From Coriobacteriaceae bacterium (GTDB lineage: Bacteria > Actinomycetota > Coriobacteriia > Coriobacteriales > Coriobacteriaceae), in assembly GCA_025992855.1 (NCBI GenBank), contig DAJPGB010000001.1, positions 1,832,421 through 1,896,420 of the forward strand: 64,000 nucleotides of DNA, read 5' to 3'. Each line of letters opens with the position of its first letter. The first letter of the stretch is position 1. Shown here piece after piece: positions 47,132 to 54,539 of this stretch. Position numbers and translations under genes: made by a program. The notes under the pieces were generated by a model. That model was given only the letters and a program-made list of their open reading frames with translations, was not told the origin of the DNA and made no database searches.

Positions 47132-50116
47132 ATGTCCAAGCCTTTACATCAATACGCCCTCTTTGGGACCGCACAATTTAAATACGATCAGACGATCGCG
47201 CACACCTCGGACCCACACCGACAAATCGTCATTTGCAACAACGGTTCAGACGTACGCTACGCCACACTTGAAGAGTGGGAAGAAGCTGGCGCTTTGTTCG
47301 ATGAACGAGCGCGAATCGAGGGCATCGTCACCAGCGCGAGCCCAGCACGTGACAAACTCGAGCTCTTTCGCAGTCTCTTTACCGGACGTAAAGATGTTTA
47401 CGCTCATGGATATCGCAGAAAAGACGGAGGTATCGGCTATACGCCCGCTTGCGCAAACGAGTGGAAGCCGGAAATTTGCCCCAAAGCAGCCCATCAAAGA
47501 GTCAAATGCGCAGAATGCGGCAATCGCATCTTCCCCGAATTAAGCGATGCCGCAATCATTGCTCACTTTAAAGGCAAGGACGACCGATTCCGCGATGTCC
47601 TTGGGCAATATGTGCTCGACAGGAACTGCAACACGAGAGTTCTCGTCATCGATTTTGACAAAGCGGACTGGAAAGAGGCAACAAATGCCGTACGGCTTGT
47701 TGCAAAACGACGGGGCATTAACGCCGCCGTTGAGCGCTCAAGATCCGGCAACGGCGCACACATCTGGTTTTTCTTTCTCGAGCCAATCAGTGCAAAGGCC
47801 GCCAGAGAGTTTGGAAGTTGCCTCATAACCGAAGCTGCGGCGCTCAATAAAACAATCACGTTCGAGGCCTTTGATCGAATGCTACCCGCTCAGGTCACTA
47901 TCCCCGATGGAGGCTTTGGAAACCTCATCGCACTTCCCTTTCAAGGCAAGGCACAACGTGAAGGAAACAGCGTATTTGTAGACGAACAATTCGAGCCCTT
48001 TCCCGACCAATGGCTTTATCTGTCGCAAGTCCAGCTGATTCCGCGCTCGACAGTGCAAAATCTGATCGAAACCACTGGGGACAACCCACACGGGCTAGCA
48101 ACAGTTACGGTGGCAAACAAGACCAAACGGTATGCCCAAACGCCCCGCAAACGGCTACCGCTCACATCGCGGGACTTTCCTTCATCGCTGCCCGTCACAC
48201 AAGCCGATATGCTGTACATCCCCGAGAAGTCTCTGAGTCCAGCGGCTCAAATGGAAATCCGCGGGCTCGCAACATTCGCCAACCCGGAATTCTTCCGCGC
48301 GCAATCTATGCATCAATCAGTATTCGGTAAACCGCGGCTCATAGACCTCAGCGAGCTTAGAGGCGGCTGCGTCGCGATTCCCAGAGGCTGCAAAGCTCAA
48401 CTTGAGCGACTGCTCCAAGAAACCGGCGTCTCTGTCCACTATTCAGACGAACGCAAATCTGACAATCAAATTGTGATGACATTTAAAGGCGCCCTTCGCC
48501 CTGAGCAGCAAATCGCCGCTGATCAGATGCTCATATACGAAGACGGAATCATGTCCGCTCCGACAGGCTTCGGTAAAACCGTCACCGGAGCTTACCTTAT
48601 TGCCGCCATTGGTCTTCCAACGCTCGTCATCGTTCCCAAGACCGCGCTCATAACCCAATGGAAATCCCAGCTCGAGCGATTTGTCGACATTACGGACAAC
48701 AGGGAGCCCGTCCGAACCCCAAAAGGACGAATCAGCAAAAAGCAGCCTCCGCTCATCGGGCAAATTGGAGGAGGCAAGACCGCCGTAAGTGGCCTCATCG
48801 ACGTCGCTTCATTTCAATCGCTGTCTGGCAAAGACCGCCAAACCAGAGAGCCAATAGTTAAGGACCTTGTTCGCAATTACGGCCTCATTATCTGCGACGA
48901 ATGTCACCATGCCGCCGCGCCGCAGCTCGAGCTTGTTCTCAAGTCTGCCCCGGCCAAATACGTATACGGCCTTTCCGCAACGCCCGAGCGCTCCGACGGT
49001 CTTACGCGGGCACTCTCCATGCTCTGCGGCCCGCTTCGCTATGTCATCGATCCAAAAACGCAAGCGATCCAGCAGGGCATCCAGCGCATCGTACGGCCTC
49101 GTTTTACCGGAATTCGACTACCGGCCTACGAGCCCGGTGCAAGCTTCAATCAGATTCTCGACCTTCTGTGCGCGCATACGGCAAGAAATGAATTGATTGT
49201 CGACGACGCCCTCGAAGCCGCATCAAGCGGTCGACATCCACTTGTGCTTTCAAAAAGGAAAAAGCATGCCGAGGAGCTGTTCAGGCTGCTTAAAGACCGA
49301 GGACACGAACCCATTCTCCTGACCGGGGAAATCGACGCCAAAGAAAGAAAAGCGATACTGAACAGTCTTCCCTGCTTCGAACACGAACATCGAATCATCG
49401 TCGCCACCGAAAGCCTTCTGGGCGAGGGCTTCGATCTGTCCTACCTTGACACTCTCCTCATTGCCACGCCGATATCGTGGGACGGCAGCATCACGCAGCA
49501 GGCGGGCAGACTGCATAGAAGTCACGAGGGCAAGCGGCGGGTTGAGATATACGACTACGTTGACCTGTCGATACCCATGCTCGCCCGAATGTACCAGAAA
49601 AGACTCAAGACCTACGCCAAGCTCGGGTACGAGGTTTATGTAGCGAAAGACGCCAGCCAAGCCGAGGCAAACATTCTAATTGACTCTTCGCATTTCCTTG
49701 AGACCCTAAACAAAGATATCGTCAATGCCACGAAGAACGTTTTCATCGCCGCCCCCTATGCATCTTCCGCATGCCTTACGAAACTCAAGGATTCACTCAC
49801 CAGCTCCATGACTCGAGGAATTAGCATTGAGATAATCGTTGCCTCAACTCCGCGCGATGACGCGAAGGCGGTCTTTGCCGAAATGGGCATCGACTATTCC
49901 GTCAAAACTGAAGGGCGTTTGTGCGCGGCAGTGATTGACGAGGAAACCGTCTGGTACGGAACCATTCCATTACTGGCTTTTCCCAAGAATGAGGATTGCA
50001 GCATTCGTTTCAAAAGCAGCGAAGTTGCCGCCGAGCTTTTGGACGAAATCCAGCGAAGAGGAGAACCGAAAGCTGCATCAACAAGCGGGACATCCCCATC
50101 ACTTGCGGTGAAATAG
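47132..50116 (+). CDS. AEP primase-polymerase / SF2 (DECH) helicase / degenerate PLD-like fusion protein
   Basis: AEP motifs: VIDFD (aa 172-176), SGNGAH (205-210), GGFGNLIALPF (260-270), with an upstream Cys cluster CANEW..C..KCAECG. Helicase motifs: I APTGFGKT (476), II DECH (589), III SAT (615), VI QQAGRLHR (789). The C-terminal aa ~845-965 are PLD-like without HxK. The last 6 codons and the stop lie inside repeat B3. Confidence 0.8.
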   Translation: MSKPLHQYALFGTAQFKYDQTIAHTSDPHRQIVICNNGSDVRYATLEEWEEAGALFDERARIEGIVTSASPARDKLELFRSLFTGRKDVYAHGYRRKDGGIGYTPACANEWKPEICPKAAHQRVKCAECGNRIFPELSDAAIIAHFKGKDDRFRDVLGQYVLDRNCNTRVLVIDFDKADWKEATNAVRLVAKRRGINAAVERSRSGNGAHIWFFFLEPISAKAAREFGSCLITEAAALNKTITFEAFDRMLPAQVTIPDGGFGNLIALPFQGKAQREGNSVFVDEQFEPFPDQWLYLSQVQLIPRSTVQNLIETTGDNPHGLATVTVANKTKRYAQTPRKRLPLTSRDFPSSLPVTQADMLYIPEKSLSPAAQMEIRGLATFANPEFFRAQSMHQSVFGKPRLIDLSELRGGCVAIPRGCKAQLERLLQETGVSVHYSDERKSDNQIVMTFKGALRPEQQIAADQMLIYEDGIMSAPTGFGKTVTGAYLIAAIGLPTLVIVPKTALITQWKSQLERFVDITDNREPVRTPKGRISKKQPPLIGQIGGGKTAVSGLIDVASFQSLSGKDRQTREPIVKDLVRNYGLIICDECHHAAAPQLELVLKSAPAKYVYGLSATPERSDGLTRALSMLCGPLRYVIDPKTQAIQQGIQRIVRPRFTGIRLPAYEPGASFNQILDLLCAHTARNELIVDDALEAASSGRHPLVLSKRKKHAEELFRLLKDRGHEPILLTGEIDAKERKAILNSLPCFEHEHRIIVATESLLGEGFDLSYLDTLLIATPISWDGSITQQAGRLHRSHEGKRRVEIYDYVDLSIPMLARMYQKRLKTYAKLGYEVYVAKDASQAEANILIDSSHFLETLNKDIVNATKNVFIAAPYASSACLTKLKDSLTSSMTRGISIEIIVASTPRDDAKAVFAEMGIDYSVKTEGRLCAAVIDEETVWYGTIPLLAFPKNEDCSIRFKSSEVAAELLDEIQRRGEPKAASTSGTSPSLAVK

Positions 50117-50168
50117 GGACTGTTTTTGGCTTATCAGCCGCCAATCAGTCCCTATTTCACCGCAACTT
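50097..50168 (+). repeat. Family B 72-nt hairpin, copy B3 (right boundary of the island)
   Basis: catcacttgcggtgaaatagggactgtttttggcttatcagccgccaatcagtccctatttcaccgcaactt. Confidence 0.85.
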
Positions 50169-50180
50169 AGAAATCGGCAA

Positions 50181-50489
50181 TCAGCCCTGCGGGCCCTGGA
50201 ATAATTCCTCATGCGAGCCCATTCTGACCAGCCGGATCACAGGATTAGTCTTATGCGGCAAGTAAAGAACGACCACATCGACCAAGCCATCGGATAGATG
50301 GAAATCGATGTGGCCGTTGTAATTGCCGCCCGGGTTTGAAAGCTCGTGGGCACCATATTCCGCGGGAAGCGAGCCATGAGCTGCAAGCTCTGCGACTGCC
50401 GCCTTAAACTCGGTTTTTAGTTGCGGATGGATGCGCATCGTCCGTTTGTAATCCGCCTTAAACTGAGCCTCGACTTTAATCTCGAACAT
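50181..50489 (-). CDS. yafQ: type II toxin, YafQ/RelE family mRNA interferase
   Basis: 102 aa with FKADYKR ... RMGSHEELF, the YafQ-family hallmark. Starts 2 nt after the antitoxin stop. Confidence 0.8.
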   Translation of the reverse strand: MFEIKVEAQFKADYKRTMRIHPQLKTEFKAAVAELAAHGSLPAEYGAHELSNPGGNYNGHIDFHLSDGLVDVVVLYLPHKTNPVIRLVRMGSHEELFQGPQG

Positions 50490-50491
50490 CG

Positions 50492-50791
50492 CTAGTCCTC
50501 ATCGAGGAATGATATGAGCTCATCAGCGTTATTGAATGACGGGCTGTCGTCTGGCAGAATCCCCAACTCATGAGCCTCGGCAATCACCATGGCGCGTCTC
50601 GTCGCTTCGTTGGGCACCTCCACCCTTCCTACGATCTCAAAAGGAATCTTTCGTTGATTTACCAGCTGTCGAACAGCAAGGTTGAGATACGAATTGAGAC
50701 TCAGGCCAACCGTATCCAAGAACTCAGTCGCCTGTTCCTTGAGCCCTTCTTCGATGCGAACCGTCGTAGGCTTAACCGTTGCAGTAGACAT
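50492..50791 (-). CDS. dinJ: type II antitoxin, DinJ/RelB family
   Basis: 99 aa. An RHH-type N-terminus (TVRIEEGLKEQATEFLDTVGLSLNSYLN) and IPFEI. Confidence 0.8.
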   Translation of the reverse strand: MSTATVKPTTVRIEEGLKEQATEFLDTVGLSLNSYLNLAVRQLVNQRKIPFEIVGRVEVPNEATRRAMVIAEAHELGILPDDSPSFNNADELISFLDED

Positions 50792-50838
50792 ACGCGACCT
50801 CCTCGCCCTCGTCTTTTACACCAGTATACCCAATATAA

Positions 50839-50874
50839 ATGGCAATCTGATGTTAGATAACATCAGATTGCCAT
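50839..50874. terminator. 17-2-17 perfect palindrome: LOG-gene terminator and/or dinJ-yafQ operator
   Basis: atggcaatctgatgtta-ga-taacatcagattgccat. On the minus strand it is followed by ttatatt. Lies 30 nt beyond the LOG stop and about 50 nt upstream of dinJ. Confidence 0.6.
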
Positions 50875-50904
50875 GCGTATTCATGTCGCGTGGGCACGAT
50901 TGAT

Positions 50905-51663
50905 CTACATCAGCCCGCTGAGCGCAATGTCAACGGCCTCGTTGAGGTCGTCGGTAATGTGTACCAGATCCGGATCGAGCGGGCTGATCATACCGGTGCT
51001 CATCACCGGGCCGTTGAGCCAGTCGAATAGGCCCTGCCAGTACTCGGTGCCCACCAGCACGAGCGGCATGCGCTTGACCTTGTGCGTCTGCACCAGCGTG
51101 AGAACCTCGAACATCTCGTCGAACGTGCCAAAGCCGCCGGGAAATACGATGGCGCCCGAGCTGTACTTAACGAACATGGTTTTGCGCACAAAGAAGTAGC
51201 GGAAGTCCATGCCGAGGTTCACGTATTTATTGAGCCCCTGCTCGTGCGGCAATTCAATGCCTAGGCCAACTGACTTGCCGTTGACACTCGCCGCTCCCCT
51301 GTTGGCCGCTTCCATGATGCCGGGGCCGCCACCGGTGATGACCGCCACGCCACGTTGCGCAATCTTGCGCCCGACGGTACGCGCCGCCTTGTAGAGCGGA
51401 TCGGTCTTGGGCGTGCGGGCGCTGCCGAAGATGGTCACCGCGGGCCCGAGCTCGGCAAGCGCGCCAAAGCCGTCGACAAACTCTGCCTGAATGCGCAGCA
51501 CACGCCACGGATCAGCATGCAGCCAGTCGGTCGACTCCTCGGGCGCCAGCAGGTTGGCGTACGTATTGTCCTTAGGAATCATGGGGCCGCGCATGACCAC
51601 GGGGCCGCGGCGGTACGTCTCGTCGTAGGCCGGCTCGCCCTCAACATTCTCGTTCTTAATCAT
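50905..51663 (-). CDS. LOG family (TIGR00730) nucleotide phosphoribohydrolase
   Basis: PGGFGTFDEMFE motif. Start taken at MIKNENV (51663). The ORF is open further to 51867. Confidence 0.8.
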   Translation of the reverse strand: MIKNENVEGEPAYDETYRRGPVVMRGPMIPKDNTYANLLAPEESTDWLHADPWRVLRIQAEFVDGFGALAELGPAVTIFGSARTPKTDPLYKAARTVGRKIAQRGVAVITGGGPGIMEAANRGAASVNGKSVGLGIELPHEQGLNKYVNLGMDFRYFFVRKTMFVKYSSGAIVFPGGFGTFDEMFEVLTLVQTHKVKRMPLVLVGTEYWQGLFDWLNGPVMSTGMISPLDPDLVHITDDLNEAVDIALSGLM

Positions 51664-51874
51664 GGGTACTCCTATCGAGAAAAAGAAAACGGGCGGGGTC
51701 GACGCCATGCGCCAAACACCCGCCCGAACATCAACTATTCGGTATGGTACCCACGATGCATCAAGTGCTTGCAAGCTATCGGTCAGCGGTCGCGCAGACG
51801 GTCTTAGCGAACGCGATGACCGGCCGGCGCTCGCCCTTGCCGTTGCCCGCGCTCTGCAAGCGCCCACGCCGCTC

Positions 51875-53014
51875 TTAGTAATCCACCGCCGCAGGGCTGT
51901 TCATCCAGTCGCTCACAAACGCGCCGTAGCGGCCCTCAATAATGGCCTGGCGGGCACGCTGCATAAGGTTGAGCAGGTAGTAGATATTGTGCATCGACAG
52001 CAGAATACCGCCGAGCATCTCCTTCTGCGTGACCATGTGGCGGATGAGCGCGCGGCTGTAGCCGCCCGTGCACACCGGGCAGGTGCAGGTGGGGTCGATG
52101 GGGCCGTCGTCGTGCGCAAAGCGCGCGTTGCGGAAGTTAAGGCGACCCTCACTGGAGAACGCCGTACCCATGCGGCCGGTGCGCGTCGGCAGCACGCAGT
52201 CGAACATGTCGATGCCCACGCCAACGCCGCGCACGAGCGTGGTAGGGTTGCCGACGCCCATGAGGTAGCGCGGCTTGTGCTTAGGCATGTACTCGGAAAC
52301 CAGCGGCGCCAGCGTCTCGAACATGGTCTCGTGGTCCTCGCCCACCGAGTAGCCGCCGATGCCGTAGCCGGGGAAGTCGCCGCACTCCTCCAGGTGGCGC
52401 AGCGATCGAAGGCGCAGGTCCAGATGCATGCCGCCCTGGACGATGCCAAAGAGTGCCTGGTCATCGCGGGTGTGAGCCTTGTAGCAGCGCTCGGCCCACA
52501 TGCTTGACAGCTCCACGGCGCGCTCGACGTAGGCGCGCGTGGCAGGATAGCCGGGGCACTGATCGAGCTGCATGCAGATGTCGGAGCCGAGCTTCATGGC
52601 GATTTCCATGTTGTCCTCGGGCGTCCAGAACACGTGGCGGCCGTCGTAGTCGTTGACGATAAAGCGCACGCCCTCGTCAGTGAGCTTGACGGCGTCGTTG
52701 TGGCTGAAGACCTGGAAACCGCCCGAATCGGTGAGGATGGGGCCGTGCCAGTTCATAAACTTGTGCAGTCCGCCCAGCTCGGCGATGGTGTCCTCGCCGG
52801 GACGCATGGACAGGTGGTAGGTATTGGCAAGCACGATCTGGGCGCCGAGCTGCTTGACGGTCTCGGTAGGAATACCCTTGACGTTTGCCTTGGTGCCCAC
52901 GGGCATAAAGATCGGCGTCTCGATGTCGCCGTGCGGGGTGTGCAGCACGCCAGCGCGCGCGTGCGTCGTCGGGTCCTCGGCGATCAGGTCGAATTTAAAA
53001 AGGCTCTGGTCCAT
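51875..53014 (-). CDS. tgt: tRNA-guanine transglycosylase
   Basis: 379 aa. TPIFMPVGT, LTDSGGFQ and the zinc site CxCxxC...H (CTCPVC). Confidence 0.9.
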   Translation of the reverse strand: MDQSLFKFDLIAEDPTTHARAGVLHTPHGDIETPIFMPVGTKANVKGIPTETVKQLGAQIVLANTYHLSMRPGEDTIAELGGLHKFMNWHGPILTDSGGFQVFSHNDAVKLTDEGVRFIVNDYDGRHVFWTPEDNMEIAMKLGSDICMQLDQCPGYPATRAYVERAVELSSMWAERCYKAHTRDDQALFGIVQGGMHLDLRLRSLRHLEECGDFPGYGIGGYSVGEDHETMFETLAPLVSEYMPKHKPRYLMGVGNPTTLVRGVGVGIDMFDCVLPTRTGRMGTAFSSEGRLNFRNARFAHDDGPIDPTCTCPVCTGGYSRALIRHMVTQKEMLGGILLSMHNIYYLLNLMQRARQAIIEGRYGAFVSDWMNSPAAVDY

Positions 53015-53153
53015 AAACTGGAACTCCTTGGTTGCGGTTCATACGCAAACCATTATACGGGCAACCCGCAAGAAGCACCGACTCGACAGAAACTGGTGCG
53101 AGGAGGATACGGCAGGGACACGGCAAATGAGCGTGGATTTTTGGACGCTTACC

Positions 53154-53447
53154 GGATGAGCGTGGATAATCTCCCACTTTTGCCCAAAGCACAGCCCAAA
53201 AACGGGAGATTATCCACTTTCATTCTGCGGGCACTCATTTAAGTACGTCCCCGATGAGTGGAGCTATTTACCAGCCACGGCAACGCCGATATTTTGGCAA
53301 CGTCAGCGAGCGGGTCGCATTTGAGACAAGGTGCCGTGAAATGAAAGGGCGCTGACCTTCTGGTCGCGCCCTTGAAATTGAACGGCAGATTGTCCAAATG
53401 CGGCCCGCACAGCGTCGGCCGGTCCGCCGTTCGGTAGAACGGCGGAA
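53154..53447. repeat. Family C composite element, intact copy 1
   Basis: Parts in order: a hairpin with inverted TTATCCAC boxes (53162-53217); the linker tcattctgcgggcactcatttaagtacgtccccgatgagt; a three-tier hairpin (53310-53408); and a terminal hairpin ggtccgccgttc-ggta-gaacggcggaacc that abuts the SDR stop. Confidence 0.75.
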
Positions 53448-53450
53448 CCC

Positions 53451-54251
53451 CTAAGGACGCTGGCCCATGCCACCCTCGAGGGTGACGGTCTCGCCGTTCA
53501 TATACTTAAAGTCGGGACCGCAGAGCTGAACGACAACGCGGCCGATTTCCTTCTCGACGTCGCCGTAGTGACCCGCCGGCGGCATGTGGACGTTGGCCTT
53601 GAACGCCTCGGGATAGGCATCCTGGAAGTTCTCGAGCGCGGCGGTCCAAGCAAGCGGGCAAACGATATTGACGTTGATGCCGTCCTTGCCCCACTCGTTG
53701 GCAGCGACGCGGGTCAGACCGCGGATGCCCTCCTTGGCAGCGGCGTAGCTGCACTGGCCATAGTTGCCAAACAGGCCGGCGCCCGAAGCAAAGTTGACCA
53801 CGGAGCCCTTGGTCTCCTTCAGGTGCGGGTAGGCCTTCTGCATGTACAGGTAGGTGGCATACAGACCGGAGTAAATGGCGAGGTTGAACTGGTCCATGGT
53901 GTGATCGGCAATGGTCACGCCCGAGGCGCTGGCCTGAGCATTGTTGACGACGGCGTCGATGCGGCCGAACTCCTCAATAGCCTTGTCGATGACGTTCTGG
54001 ACGACGGCCTCGTTGTCCTGACCAGCCGAGACATCGGCCTGAACAGGCAGAACCTTGACACCGTACTCGGCCTCGAGAGACTCCTTGGCGGCCTCGAGCT
54101 TGGCGACGTTGCGGCCAGTGATGACAAGGTTCGCGCCCTCCTTGGCAAATGCGATATCGATGCCGTAGCCGATGGAGCCAGCGGAGCCGTCCTTAAGCGT
54201 GGCCTTGCCGCCGCCGGTAACGATCACGGTCTTACCAGTGAAAAGTCCCAT
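53451..54251 (-). CDS. SDR family oxidoreductase (FabG-like)
   Basis: TGGG..GSIG glycine motif and a YxxxK (YAAAK) catalytic motif. Start MGLFTGK at 54251. Confidence 0.8.
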   Translation of the reverse strand: MGLFTGKTVIVTGGGKATLKDGSAGSIGYGIDIAFAKEGANLVITGRNVAKLEAAKESLEAEYGVKVLPVQADVSAGQDNEAVVQNVIDKAIEEFGRIDAVVNNAQASASGVTIADHTMDQFNLAIYSGLYATYLYMQKAYPHLKETKGSVVNFASGAGLFGNYGQCSYAAAKEGIRGLTRVAANEWGKDGINVNIVCPLAWTAALENFQDAYPEAFKANVHMPPAGHYGDVEKEIGRVVVQLCGPDFKYMNGETVTLEGGMGQRP

Positions 54252-54539
54252 ATAAAGTCCTTTCAAATCGCGACGGGCCTGCCCGTCGACTGCGCGCATC
54301 CAACTTCACGCGCCAAAAGCTGAAATGCAACTTTAGCGGGTTCAAGTGAAAAATAAAGCCCATGGCAGGCGAACGGCGCAACGTCTTTCGGCGAAGGGAA
54401 TGTCAAGTACAAACTGGATAAAGTGGCCGAGTTTTTGCTATCGACGCGAGCCATCGAACACGTTTTGAAACTTTGCTGCAGTGCGCGGGATGTCGGCGCG
54501 AGACTTTATCATAGGGTGACAAACAACGATGAGGAGCAC

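Noticed and set aside
53120-53220. A chromosomal origin (oriC) inferred from the DnaA-box-like octamers.
   Set aside because: There are only 2-3 boxes per copy, no dnaA/dnaN/gyrB context and no AT-rich unwinding element. The boxes belong to a dispersed repeat. They are kept only as a low-interest observation.
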